DNA from: Ostreococcus lucimarinus
Lineage: Eukaryota
DNA: 64,000 nt
NCBI GenBank assembly: GCA_000092065.1
Contig: CP000586.1
Strand: one strand, 5' to 3'
The translations under genes were made by a program, and so were the position numbers. The notes under the pieces were generated by a model that saw only the letters and a list, made by a program, of their open reading frames with translations, was not told the DNA's origin and made no database searches. The number at the start of each line of letters is the position of its first letter. Within the stretch, counting starts at the first letter, position 1. This document shows positions 49,701-58,297 of this stretch, piece by piece.

Positions 49701-50077
49701 GTCGTTTTCAGCGCCGCAGCCTTCATTCGCGCCGCCACCGTGCCGTCCAGCAGCGCTCCCGGTTTCAACCGCTTCGCCGCATCCACGAAGCGTTCGACGA
49801 GCGCGTACAGCCCCGTGTTGCTCGAGCACGTCGACGCGAAGTCCTCCAGCGTCACCCGTCGATCGCACGGTTCGGTGTGATTGATCGCGATCCACGCTTC
49901 GATCGCCGCTTTCTCGTACGTCCGTCCCGTCTTCGCGACGACGACGGGATTCTTCATCACTCGCAGCGTGAGCGCGCACACGTACGCGTCCGGCGCCGCG
50001 GCGTGGAACGCGGGATCGGCGTACATCGCGGCGTCGACGTCGATGTCGCGAGGGAACGGGTTCGCGCGTCGGCCCAT
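46703..50077 (-). CDS. Large U-box E3 ubiquitin-ligase-like protein with unrecognised internal repeats
   Basis: ATG at 50077, 1124 aa. The N-terminal U-box is PDAYVCALTLRVMKNPVVVAKTGRTYEKAAIEAWIAINHTEPCDRRVTL. About 120-aa repeats occur at aa ~190-310 and ~581-710, with a partial third copy at ~858-915. They share G(R/K/S)xFRF..., GxGASF/ATF, S(A/V)IVVF..., G(M/I)GVGC, GDWxxG(E/D)xIEL(I/L)AY. No family recognised beyond the U-box. Confidence 0.8.
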   Translation of the reverse strand: MGRRANPFPRDIDVDAAMYADPAFHAAAPDAYVCALTLRVMKNPVVVAKTGRTYEKAAIEAWIAINHTEPCDRRVTLEDFASTCSSNTGLYALVERFVDAAKRLKPGALLDGTVAARMKAAALKTTVVVVEHNVHVFKKQPSMLRQLSKTLSFGLAGDGRAPALGTIPDVKPNGSTVDQGLSKVDEGDVVVFPDEVPDRKYVHVTSLEYPDKSKPADGRFFRFDMDELTRVIGHEWANKDLKAYKTENFSVKSGKGATFCVYRQEKRSAIVVFGGPNGMGVGCYHPVESAQPGDWLVGEPIELIAYRGLPKGVRFMDPSKFDSIKFVEDYSKDDDAHFMTGGVNDEPIERIFPGQSGIYPKEQNYRGGKRTMWLMFEIKLKHPTGSDPELINGRPYTPIGVFIDNRTLLQAGGCCQTYNCRDNEGINSQGEGQPSFRSGLCTDDKNKQHFGALMLHRDRKYEPITHFKFNVRVPDKGAPGVPCYSEKYGGGVHVGLLEGDPDLLGVGWGSNKWPTKDEGNRGEECVDDASKWGDKSISGPNAQERDEFYVYNPHKKPPPPKERTYKTASGEKKVVKLKPDAFVFPRQRRKLVDPHLDVVSIDYPGGVMPGKTEPEPKGKWFRFKSSQLSAITGIEDWGDASYEGWKTGVIKGGDGASFAIPNDTSAGERRGSVIVFQHESGIGVGCANPCDYAHEGDWKPGDRIELLAYSHDNQPPPYTFTLSMDNYVCQTETGWNLPGHLIRYGQCGLVGPWWKELEIEFQIEAASVGTRIYGVHTDASFEALPFTAKALRSDGKWHKIELSTENVRWGRAFKSIMDDVSAVRVRWESTDLHKLANSTARSGGGIHANILGTSTAINVLDIRRHGYPSDGSIFRFDKDAVRALNCGKCDGSNWAGTYEVLNLRNGKKGKVMLADKPDETVLETYVASHTQKPSEPVPADKPSPVAAAVMPMPPATTQAVMPMASHAPVQKTPYRNPTGFLSCCLSAPKRLETPVSNAESDATATTMIVYKPVYTEESSPEKPKPINPKQIVQDSTSLDVLGLGYWVEDVSTPAPSPGDWQIGDIIMISRQRLDVNASTPSVLEDGDAGIAALERTKSTAAAGDWANIRFVSSDDIADIALPQI

Positions 50078-50526
50078 GGTCGAGCGCGTCGCGGCGTCGC
50101 GGCGTCGCGGCGTCGCGGCGTCGCGCCACGCTCGCGATTCTCCGGCTCGCCGCGCCGCGCTCCGGCGACTCGGCGTTTCGGCGATCCGCGTCGCGCGCGC
50201 GGCGACGGACCGCGCCCCGCCCGCCCGTCGAGGCGCGCGAACGCCATGGAATACGCGATGGGTTTAAAAAAAGTACAGTACGCGATATCAAATGATACCG
50301 CGGTAAGGTTGTTGGACTTTGTGGAACATCCCAACCCCAACGAACGAGGATGTTGGCGCGTTGACGCGGCGCGCGCGCGGCATCGCTCGACGCCGAGCGA
50401 CGCGCGACGCTCGCGCGACTCTCTCGCGCGGCGAAACGCGTCGATCTAAAAAGTTTGCGCGGCGCGAGACCGCGCGCGCGCGAACGCGGCGGGACCGCGC
50501 GACGGACGCGCGCGAAAACGTCAATC

Positions 50527-50591
50527 GCGTCGCGCATCCCGGAGACGGTTCGCGGCGTCGCGCATCCCGGAGACGGTTCGCGGCGTCGCGC
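50527..50591. repeat. Tandem 28-nt repeat (2.3 copies)
   Basis: GCGTCGCGCATCCCGGAGACGGTTCGCG occurs at 50527-50554 and 50555-50582, with a partial third copy. It lies in the U-box/Lon-N divergent intergenic region. Confidence 0.9.
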
Positions 50592-50687
50592 GCGTGTTTT
50601 CGGCTCGCGACGCGAGCCGAACCCGCGACCCGTGTATTACACAATTTTGAATCAATAATAATGTTTACGACGTTTCACGAGCGCGTG

Positions 50688-50729
50688 CGTCCGTCCCGTC
50701 TTCGCGACGACGACGGGATTCTTCATCAC
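50688..50729. repeat. Exact 42-nt copy of the U-box coding core (second copy at 49919..49960)
   Basis: CGTCCGTCCCGTCTTCGCGACGACGACGGGATTCTTCATCAC is identical at 49919-49960 and at 50688-50729. At 49919-49960 it lies inside the U-box gene and encodes VMKNPVVVAKTGRT on the minus strand. The copy at 50688-50729 ends 34 nt before the Lon-N gene ATG. Confidence 0.95.
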
Positions 50730-50763
50730 GCCGACGTTCGGCGTCGCGCCAGACGCCCGCGCG

Positions 50764-51690
50764 ATGCGCGCGTCGTCGCGCGCGTCGGCGACGCGCGTCG
50801 CGCGCGTCGCGCGCGTCGACGCGAGGCGGCCGCGGGCTCGAGCGCGCGCGCGCGCGCGCGACGGTGCCGGCGACGACGACGACGCATCCGCGCTGGACAT
50901 GGACGCGCTGCGAGCGCGCGTCCGCGCGCTGGCGAAGCGCGAAGAAGCGCTGGAAACGCTGCGCATCGTCGTGCTGGACGCGAGCGTGCCGAAACAAGTG
51001 CTGCCGCTGGAGTTCGACGGCGCGAACGTCGAGAGGACGCTCAACGCGGGGACGGCGCTCGGGCGAGACGCGCGCGTGGGCGATCGATTCGGGATGCTCG
51101 GGCAAGCGCCGAGCAACGGACAGATACTGCCGAACGGAGTGGAGGTGACGGTGACGCGAGCGATGGTTCGGCCGAACGGGGGGGAGAGTTTGATCGAACT
51201 CACGGCGTCGCGGCGGTTTAAAATCGTGGGGGCTCCGTTCGAGGACGAGGCGAACGGATCGGCGCCGAGCGCGAGGGTGTGCTGGATTCCCGATACCGAA
51301 GGCGCGGGCGAGCAAACCGTCGCGGGCGGCGTGGAGGAGCCGGGCGCGGTGGATCCCGCCGAGTGCGACGCCGAGTGCGCGGCGCTCGCCGCGGAGCTTC
51401 CCGCGCTCGTCGACGAATGGCGGGCGCTGGTGATTTCGAGAAAGCGCGAGCGTCAGCCCGATCAGTTGAAGTTGATCTTATCGCAAATCGGCGACATCCC
51501 TGGGTCGAACCGACCGGCCGAGCTCTCGCTTTGGGTCGCCGCGCTCATCAACCCGATTCCCGCCCTCGGCGTGGCGTACGAGATTCGTCCGGCGATCCTG
51601 TGCGCGCCGACGACGGGTCACATGGTTCGCATCGCGTCCCAAGGCATCAAACTTTCCATCAACAGTCTGCGCGACGGGCCTCAAATTTGA
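50764..51690 (+). CDS. Lon protease N-terminal (LON substrate-binding/PUA-like) domain protein, probably organellar
   Basis: ATG at 50764, 308 aa. An Arg/Ala-rich presequence comes first. Then [50 protein letters not shown], and the C-terminal helical part [47 protein letters not shown]. This is typical of stand-alone LON_N domain proteins. Confidence 0.6.
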   Translation: MRASSRASATRVARVARVDARRPRARARARARDGAGDDDDASALDMDALRARVRALAKREEALETLRIVVLDASVPKQVLPLEFDGANVERTLNAGTALGRDARVGDRFGMLGQAPSNGQILPNGVEVTVTRAMVRPNGGESLIELTASRRFKIVGAPFEDEANGSAPSARVCWIPDTEGAGEQTVAGGVEEPGAVDPAECDAECAALAAELPALVDEWRALVISRKRERQPDQLKLILSQIGDIPGSNRPAELSLWVAALINPIPALGVAYEIRPAILCAPTTGHMVRIASQGIKLSINSLRDGPQI

Positions 51691-51973
51691 CCCTCGAGCG
51701 TTCGGCCCGAAAATTGAGCGACTGAGCGTTCGGCGCCGCGCCGCCGCCGTGTTTCGCTCGCGTCCTCGCGATAGTCCCGCCCCTGAACCGCTGTACATCA
51801 TCACACCGCGACATCAAACGCATCAAACGCATCAAAGGCAACGCTCGCTCTCACGCGCGCCCTCGACCCGATCTCTGTCTCGGGCACTCGGCATTTTCGA
51901 GTCGTCGGAATCCGCGCCCGCCTTCGCCGCGCGTCTGTTGTCACACCTCGCCGCGGTCAAATCACCGAGTCCG

Positions 51974-52049
51974 ATGTCCCGCGGTGCCGGCGCCGGATAC
52001 GATCGGCACATCACCGTATTCTCTCCCGAAGGACGTCTGTACCAAGTCG
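51974..52049 (+). CDS. PSMA6: Proteasome subunit alpha type-6 (alpha1/PAA), exon 1
   Basis: ATG at 51974 opens [25 protein letters not shown] plus the first base of the Glu codon. The GTGCGT donor is at 52050. Confidence 0.92.
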
Positions 52050-52168
52050 GTGCGTGTTCGCGCGCGCGCCGACGCCTCCTCGCGCCGTCACCTCGCCCGC
52101 GACGCGCGACGTTCACCGACGAAACGATCTCACCGACTGACCGCGATTCGACGACTTTCGACGCGCAG
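52050..52168 (+). other. PSMA6 intron 1 (119 nt)
   Basis: GTGCGT donor, ACTGAC at 52136-52141, acceptor GCGCAG ending at 52168. Splicing restores the conserved ...RLYQV-EYAFKAI... Confidence 0.9.
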
Positions 52169-52263
52169 AGTACGCGTTCAAGGCGATCAAATCCGTCGGC
52201 GTCACCACCATCGGCGTGCGAGGGAAAGACTCCGTGTGCGTCGTGACGCAGAAGAAGATTCCG
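52169..52263 (+). CDS. PSMA6: PSMA6 exon 2
   Basis: (E)[31 protein letters not shown] matches the conserved EYAFKA...[17 protein letters not shown]. Confidence 0.92.
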
Positions 52264-52432
52264 GTGCGCGAAACGGGCGAACGCGAGGGCGAAGAACGAT
52301 CTCGTCGGCGAACGCGAAGGCGCGAACGCGCTCGAGACGACGCGGGAGGGATCGACCGCGCTGGATCCCGCGAACGCGCGCGCGAGAGGAAGACTGACGC
52401 GTGGTGTGTGATCGGACGTCGCGCGAGCGCAG
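52264..52432 (+). other. PSMA6 intron 2 (169 nt)
   Basis: GTGCGC donor, ACTGAC at 52393-52398, acceptor GCGCAG ending at 52432. Confidence 0.9.
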
Positions 52433-52514
52433 GATAAATTGATCGATGCGTCGGATGTGACGCACATGTATAAGATTACGAAAACCGTGGGCATGTGCGC
52501 GACGGGAAAAGGAC
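52433..52514 (+). CDS. PSMA6: PSMA6 exon 3
   Basis: [27 protein letters not shown] plus 1 nt. Compare plant DKLLDQSSVTHLFPITKYIGLVATGIT. Confidence 0.9.
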
Positions 52515-52637
52515 GTACGTTTTCGTTTTCGTCGCTCGGCGGCTTTGTTTGAATGAACACGTACGCGCGCCCGCGCGAGCGCGACTTTTCGCTCGACCGA
52601 TCGACTGACGACTGCTCGCGTCGATTTCGTTTCGCAG
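52515..52637 (+). other. PSMA6 intron 3 (123 nt)
   Basis: GTACGT donor, ACTGAC at 52604-52609, acceptor TTCGCAG ending at 52637. Confidence 0.88.
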
Positions 52638-53125
52638 CGGATATCCGAGACATAGTACAAAAGGCGCGCAGAAAGGCGGCGGATTTCAAGCAACACTACG
52701 GGTACGAGGTCCCGGTGGACGTGTTGGCGAACATACTCGCCGATGAGTTCCAGGTGTACACGCAGCACGCATACATGCGTCCGCTCGCGGTGATGGTGAT
52801 ATTAATCGCCGTAGATGAGGATCGCGGGCCGAGTCTGTTCAAGTGCGATCCGGCAGGATACTTTGTCGGTTACAGCGCGACGAGCGCGGGGGCGAAGGAG
52901 GTCGAGGCGGTGAACTTCTTGGAGAAGAAGGTCAAGAGCGGCGCATCGTTCGATGTGAATCAGACGGCCCAGCTCGCGATCAGCGCTCTTCAGCACGTGC
53001 TCGGGGAAGAGGTCAAGGCGAGCGAGTTAGAAGTCGCCGTCGTCACGGCGGACAATCCCAATTTCCGCGTCATCAGCGAGAGCGAAGTGGAAGATCATTT
53101 GACATCGATTTCTGAGAGAGACTAG
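52638..53125 (+). CDS. PSMA6: PSMA6 exon 4 (to stop)
   Basis: (P)DIRDIVQKARRKAADFKQHYGYEVPVDVLANILADEFQVYTQHAYMRPLAVMVILIAVDEDRGPSLFKCDPAGYFVGYSATSAGAKEVEAVNFLEKKVK...HLTSISERD. The four exons sum to 741 nt, i.e. 246 aa plus stop, the canonical alpha-6 length. Confidence 0.93.
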
Positions 53126-53184
53126 CAGTAGTTTTTAATTGTGTACCGCGCCCTAGTAGACGCTCTAATTATTCTCGGTCCAGA

Positions 53185-55542
53185 TCAGATGTTGTCCTCG
53201 TCGCTGAGCTCATCGGCGTCGAGTTTCTCGATGGCGCCCTTGATCGAGTTCACGTCCGCGTTCGATGGACGCAAATCGAGCGCGATGCTAAAGTTAATCA
53301 TCGCTTTCTCTTGAAGCCCAAGCTTTTTGTAGATTCTTCCCATGAGAAAAAACACGCTCGCTTCCTTGGGGGCGATCTCTTGCAATTTGTTAAGCTCCGC
53401 CAACGCGGCGTCGTAATTTTCTTCGCTCATCAACACGGCGGCCATTTCGTAACGAGCCAGAGGATTCTTACCATCGAGCGCGATCGCTTGAGAGAGAAGC
53501 GATAACGCTGCATCGTTATCGTTTAGTGCATGCTTTGCCATACCGGCGTAGCAGTACAACACGCTCGACTTCGGATTGATGTTGAGCGCGTATGTGAAGT
53601 GATACTCGCTCATGACGTACTTTTCTTGGCGGTAATACACCGTACCGAGGCCGTACCAGGCGTTGTAATGTCTCGCATCTAATCTCAACGCAGCCCGATA
53701 GCAATTCATACTTTTTTCAAAGTCTTCGTTCGCAAAGTACTCGTGTCCGCTCAGCGTATGCGCGTACGTGCACTTCGGATCGAGTTGGATGGCGCGCTGA
53801 AAAAATTTCAAAGCCGTCTCGTGTTCCTTTTGTAACGAGAAACAGTTTCCGAGCACGCACCACGTTTCTGGAGCTAGACGATCGAGAGACTGAACTTCTT
53901 GTGCCAAATGTGCGAGCTTCACTTCCTCCTTCAAATGCCAAAGAACGGTTGAGTACACATCGAGACCTTCCAAGCGATACGGCGCGGCCGCGCGCGCTTC
54001 TTCAAACGCCTGCGCTGCGTTGGCGTAATCCACCATCTCTGAGTGCGCTTTCGCCATCGCGCACAGCACATAGGCGGTGTCGTATTGAGATCGCGAAAGC
54101 TGTTGAAACGAATGGATCGCTTCTTCGCATCGATACATGGCGAGATGCCTCAGACCCTCCGCGAGCGGACGCAGCTCTTTGAACGCCAACACGGCGCCCT
54201 CGGCTGTTCGCGCGGGCTGCCAACTCCAAGTACCCTGATCGCGCTGATCGCTGTAATGACCACTTTCATACGAAACTTCACCGTCTTCCGGGACTTGACT
54301 CAGGTTTGCCATCATGTCGTCGTGATCGCGATGGTCGTCGTCGGGCGATGCCCCGACGTGTTGCAGTCTCGCGGCGTGTATGCGCGAGCTCCTACGAACG
54401 GCCGTAGACGCTGGATCGTCGCTAAACAATCTACCAGAAACCTTTCTAAGTTTTCCTTCATCCATGAATTTTCGCCGCTCCCCTCCGAATAGCCCGCGAG
54501 CCGCTGTGGACGCCGGCGCGCCTGTGTCTTGAGCGCTCGGCTGTTGCGACGTGCTCTGTCGTCCCGTGCGCGGAGCGCCCGTGGTCGGTGGCGCGCGTCC
54601 TCCGATCGCCTTTTGAGGCGGCGGAGGAGCGGCGGCGGCAGAGCTCGGTGAAGGCGTCACGAAGGCGCCTCCCATGGAATCCGCAGCATCGACGCGAGGG
54701 CCTCCGCCGCCGACGGCGGGCGTTTGAAGTTCCGCGTCGTCCCATCCCTCTCCCGCGCGCGTTCGCTCGCTCGCGCCCGTGCTCGGTGGAACGCCCACGT
54801 CGTGCATGTGTACGTGTGCCGGCGTGCGCGCGAGAGCCTCGCCGTGTTCGCGACCACGCGACCTCGTCGGCGACAGCGGCGGCAATCCACCCGTTCTCGG
54901 CGCGAACGTCTCGCCGCTCGACTTTTGCGCCTCGAACGCGACGTCGTTCGACTCCAACGATGGGTACATCGCCAGAATACTCTCTTCCCGACTCTCCGAC
55001 GCGCACGCCTTCGCCTCGGCGTCGGCACCGAGCGCACACAATCCCTCGTACGCGCACCACATCAACGGATCCGCCATCAACGCGCGCGTAAACCGCGTAA
55101 TCGCCGCCGCGCGTCGCCCCGTATCCTTACAGATCATACCGAGCAGATACTCCCCCGCCGCTCCTCCCGACGCCATCGCCTCGTCCTCGCCCGCGCTCGG
55201 TCGTCGTCTCGCGCCGTACGCCCCCGCGAATCCGTCGTGGTCCGCCTCTCCGCGCAGCGCGCGCTCCGCCTCGTCCAGCTCGCCGCAATCGTAGCACGCC
55301 CTCCCGAACAGGTACCTCGCCCGCTGGCTCGTCAAACGCGTCCCGAGCACCGCGCGCGCGGCGCGCGCTTTGCCTGCCGCGTACAGGCACCGAGCGTGCA
55401 GCAGCGCGTTCGCGTCGCTGTCGCGAACCGCGCGCAGGCGTTCGCTCAAAAATATCGCGTTTTCGACGCAGTGCGCGTCGAGCGAGCGCGTCGCGGCCTC
55501 GGCGAGCGTGGCCTCGAGGGCGTCCGCGTCGACGGCGCGCAT
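53185..55542 (-). CDS. CDC27: Anaphase-promoting complex subunit 3 (CDC27), TPR protein
   Basis: The track start at 55602 is a GTG. The first ATG is at 55542 (MRAVDADALEATL...). The C-terminal TPR block is WCVLGNCFSLQKEHETALKFFQRAIQLDPKCTYAHTLSGHEYFANEDFEKSMNCYRAALRLDARHYNAWYGLGTVYYRQEKY...FFLMGRIYKKLG. This is diagnostic of CDC27. Confidence 0.9.
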   Translation of the reverse strand: MRAVDADALEATLAEAATRSLDAHCVENAIFLSERLRAVRDSDANALLHARCLYAAGKARAARAVLGTRLTSQRARYLFGRACYDCGELDEAERALRGEADHDGFAGAYGARRRPSAGEDEAMASGGAAGEYLLGMICKDTGRRAAAITRFTRALMADPLMWCAYEGLCALGADAEAKACASESREESILAMYPSLESNDVAFEAQKSSGETFAPRTGGLPPLSPTRSRGREHGEALARTPAHVHMHDVGVPPSTGASERTRAGEGWDDAELQTPAVGGGGPRVDAADSMGGAFVTPSPSSAAAAPPPPQKAIGGRAPPTTGAPRTGRQSTSQQPSAQDTGAPASTAARGLFGGERRKFMDEGKLRKVSGRLFSDDPASTAVRRSSRIHAARLQHVGASPDDDHRDHDDMMANLSQVPEDGEVSYESGHYSDQRDQGTWSWQPARTAEGAVLAFKELRPLAEGLRHLAMYRCEEAIHSFQQLSRSQYDTAYVLCAMAKAHSEMVDYANAAQAFEEARAAAPYRLEGLDVYSTVLWHLKEEVKLAHLAQEVQSLDRLAPETWCVLGNCFSLQKEHETALKFFQRAIQLDPKCTYAHTLSGHEYFANEDFEKSMNCYRAALRLDARHYNAWYGLGTVYYRQEKYVMSEYHFTYALNINPKSSVLYCYAGMAKHALNDNDAALSLLSQAIALDGKNPLARYEMAAVLMSEENYDAALAELNKLQEIAPKEASVFFLMGRIYKKLGLQEKAMINFSIALDLRPSNADVNSIKGAIEKLDADELSDEDNI

Positions 55543-55658
55543 CGCGCGAAGCGCACCGCGCGCGGCGCGGACGACCGACGCGAAGTGAAGATGAACAGGC
55601 ACCTCGATGGATTTGCAACAGTTTTTTCAAACGCGCCGAGGCGTCGGCGGCGAACGGG

Positions 55659-57215
55659 CTAAACGTGCGGAAGGTTGCGCGACGGCGAGCGCACGCGCGA
55701 GGCGGCGGCTTGGCTCAAATCTGCGAAAGGATCGCTCGCGGGCGATCGCGAGGGCGCGGCGCGAGAGGGCGTCGGCGGCGAGACGGAGTCGCGCGCGAAC
55801 GCGGCGGGATTCATCGGTCGCATGCCCTCCGGGAGCGGTCTGGCCGGTCGATACCGCTCGTCGGCGAACATCGGGTTGGTCTGCATCGGAGGCGGCGACG
55901 GTGACGTCGTCGACGGGAAGTGAACGATCGGACGCGGCGGGGTGGGACCGGCGGCAAATGGATTGGACGACGACGACGACGGTCCGGCGATGGAAGCCGT
56001 CGGCAAGACGTCGCCGAAAGGGTTCGCGGAGCTTTGGCTCGTCGTCGTGGCGGCGGTGGACGCTCGCATGACGTCGTCGAGTTCGCTCAGTAAACTTTCC
56101 GCCGTGTGCGTTCGCGTCGCGGCCACTGGCGCGGCGAGTCGAGCCCGCGATGCGACGTCGCCCGCCGCGGCTTTCACGAGCAAATCGTATCGTTCCATCT
56201 CCTTGGTCAACTCGTCGTTCAAATGTATGGCGCTCGCGAGCAAGCCCTCGTCTTCGGCGTTCGAGATAAGCTCGATCAGACGTGGCTGCATCGCGCGGCA
56301 CTGCTCCGAGAGCTCGTTCGCTAAACTAGACGGAGACGGCGGGCGAAGGGCGACGCAGCCGTCGAGGACTTGCGTGAACACCTTGAGCGAATTCGTCGCG
56401 ACGGCGATGTCGCCCTTCAATTTTTCTACGTCTTGCGAATTGTACGTCGTCGACACGGATGTCGTGGCGCGAGATGCCTCGGCAGCGGCTGTGCGCTCGC
56501 TTTCGCGAAGCGCTCTCTGTAATTCGCTCTCAGCGCGGTCCGCGAGTCGTCCCGAGGCGTGCGGCGAGCTCAGATGCGGCGCTCGCACGGGCGTACCCAT
56601 GGCGATGTTCCCAGGGTAAATCCCGTGTCTTTGACGCTGCACCGGTGTCATTGCTTCTTCTTCGTCTTCCTCGAGCGCGCGCGCGATCGCGGCTCGATCC
56701 TCCTCGGAGATATCTTCTCTCTTCGACCAGTCGCCGCCGCCGTTCCAGTCCTCGCGAGCCGCCGACGACGTCGCCCCCCGCGCCACCGACCGTCGCTCAA
56801 CCTCGGGAAACTGAAACCCACGCGCGCGCAACTGATGAAACGCCCCCGCGAACGCGGGCTCTCGCCTCAAATTTACCGCCCACTCGTGAACCAACGCCAA
56901 GGTCTTGTCGCGAACCTCCAAATTCGGCGCTCTCTCGCACAACCGCACCATCGTCTCCGGCACCTCCTTCGCCACCGCCATCGCGTGAAACCGTCCTCCG
57001 CAGTTCTTCATGCACATCTCCAGCGCGAACAGCGCCTTGAGCGTCGCGTCCGCGTCCATCACCGCCCGTCCCTTCGTCGGCGCCGTCAGCTTTGCCCGCA
57101 GCGCCTTGACGCAATCCTTCCCGTGCGCGACGAAATCATCGTTCACGCAGTCGCACAGCCGCAGATTAATCTCCAGCGCGTCATCGACCGTTCGTCTCGC
57201 GCCCGATTTGCACGC
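55659..57215 (-). CDS. TOM1-like/TOL ESCRT-0-type protein (VHS, UIM-like, GAT), main exon
   Basis: The VHS core is RRTVDDALEINLRLCDCVNDDFVAHGKDCVKALRAKL...ALFALEMCMKNCGGRFHAMAVAKE...VRDKTLALVHEWA. UIM-like stretches are EEDRAAIARALEEDEEE and ESELQRALRESE. The GAT-like part is VEKLKGDIAVATNSLKVFTQVL...CRAMQPRLIELISNAEDEGLLASAIHLNDELTKEMERYD. The open frame extends upstream of the track start (a GTG at 57146) to 57281 without any ATG. Confidence 0.85.
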   Translation of the reverse strand, partial: ACKSGARRTVDDALEINLRLCDCVNDDFVAHGKDCVKALRAKLTAPTKGRAVMDADATLKALFALEMCMKNCGGRFHAMAVAKEVPETMVRLCERAPNLEVRDKTLALVHEWAVNLRREPAFAGAFHQLRARGFQFPEVERRSVARGATSSAAREDWNGGGDWSKREDISEEDRAAIARALEEDEEEAMTPVQRQRHGIYPGNIAMGTPVRAPHLSSPHASGRLADRAESELQRALRESERTAAAEASRATTSVSTTYNSQDVEKLKGDIAVATNSLKVFTQVLDGCVALRPPSPSSLANELSEQCRAMQPRLIELISNAEDEGLLASAIHLNDELTKEMERYDLLVKAAAGDVASRARLAAPVAATRTHTAESLLSELDDVMRASTAATTTSQSSANPFGDVLPTASIAGPSSSSSNPFAAGPTPPRPIVHFPSTTSPSPPPMQTNPMFADERYRPARPLPEGMRPMNPAAFARDSVSPPTPSRAAPSRSPASDPFADLSQAAASRVRSPSRNLPHV

Positions 57216-57301
57216 CTGCGTCGCGTCGCGCGTCGTCGTCGTCGTCAGTCGTCGCGTCGTCTCCGACAGAATCAGAATTCGTCACAGCGTCGCGCACGCA
57301 C
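57216..57301 (-). other. Predicted intron (86 nt, phase 0) of the TOM1-like gene
   Basis: On the minus strand: donor GTGCGT at 57301-57296, ACTGAC at 57249-57244 (29 nt before the 3' end), acceptor GACGCAG ending at 57216. Both junctions fall on codon boundaries. Confidence 0.55.
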
Positions 57302-57364
57302 GTGATCGACGATTTTGTACGCCAAGCGGTCGCTCTTATCGTTCAGGAACATCGTCTTGAGCAT
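57302..57364 (-). CDS. TOM1-like gene, predicted exon 1 (MLKTMFLNDKSDRLAYKIVDH)
   Basis: ATG at 57364 (alternative at 57352). The 21 codons end exactly at the GTGCGT donor. This exon supplies the start codon missing from the VHS exon. Confidence 0.5.
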
Positions 57365-57581
57365 CCTCGAGCGTCGACGCGCGCGCGGCGAGGACCGACG
57401 CGAATCCACGGTCGACGCGCGATCGTGTGACCGACGCCTCGGCGACCGCTGGGCACTGTGACGTTTCACATTTTTCACGTTTCGAGGCGCGGTCCCGCGC
57501 GCGCGCGGGCGCGAGAGGACGAAACGCGAGGCGCGCGCGCTGGAGAAAATATTCCGTCGCGCGGGCGCGCGCGCGGCGGCG

Positions 57582-58250
57582 ATGCGGCGCGCGGCGGCGG
57601 CGGCGGTGGCGGCGTGCGTCGCGGCGGCGGCGTTCGTCCGGTGTTCGAGGCGCGAAACGGTGGACGTCGTCGAGCGCGCGCGGGTGCCGTTCGCGTTCGG
57701 CGCGCTCGGGCCGGTGGGAACGGCGCGCGAGGGACTGCGATATTACGACGCCGCGCTCGGGGCCGCGTTGTCGTCGTCGCCGCGCGCGCAGAGCGCGCTC
57801 GAAATCGGGTGCGTGAAACCGGCGTTCGCGCGACACCTCTCTTGGATTCGCGATAAGACGTGCGTCGCACCGTATTACGCCGGGTACAAGACGACGGCGG
57901 GCGACGACTCGATCGACGCGACGGACGACGTGCGGTACGTCGTGGGGGATTTCGCCAACGCGAGCCTCGCGCCGTCGTACGATTTGTGTCTCTGCATGCA
58001 AGTCTTGGAACACTTGGATTTCGACGCCGCGAGCGATTTCGTGCGTCGCATGTTCGAGCTGTGCCGTGTGTCCGTCGTGTCGGTGCCGTACAGATGGCCG
58101 GAGTGCGGATCGACGTGCTCGCACAAGCAACACGCCATCGACGAGTCGACGCTCGCTCGATGGAGCGGCGTCGACGCGCCCGCGACGACGACCATCGTGC
58201 GCGAACGCGGCGGCGGCGCGGCGCGCGCCATCGTGGTTTACGACGCATGA
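57582..58250 (+). CDS. Putative signal-anchored class I SAM-dependent methyltransferase-like protein
   Basis: ATG at 57582, 222 aa. The N-terminus is hydrophobic (AAAAAVAACVAAAAFV). Then come SALEIGCVKPAFARHL and YDLCLCMQVLEHLDFDAASDFVRRMFEL, which is Methyltransf_11/23-like. The call is tentative. Confidence 0.5.
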   Translation: MRRAAAAAVAACVAAAAFVRCSRRETVDVVERARVPFAFGALGPVGTAREGLRYYDAALGAALSSSPRAQSALEIGCVKPAFARHLSWIRDKTCVAPYYAGYKTTAGDDSIDATDDVRYVVGDFANASLAPSYDLCLCMQVLEHLDFDAASDFVRRMFELCRVSVVSVPYRWPECGSTCSHKQHAIDESTLARWSGVDAPATTTIVRERGGGAARAIVVYDA

Positions 58251-58297
58251 GTCGCTCGAACGCGTATGTTTCTCTTTTAGTGACTACATTTTAGCGT

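Noticed and set aside
50661-50752. A possible mini-exon MFTTFHER followed by a GTGCGT donor upstream of the Lon-N gene
   Set aside because: The only downstream CAG (50750-50752) gives a 68-nt intron without an ACTGAC motif and joins in the wrong frame for the Lon-N ORF.
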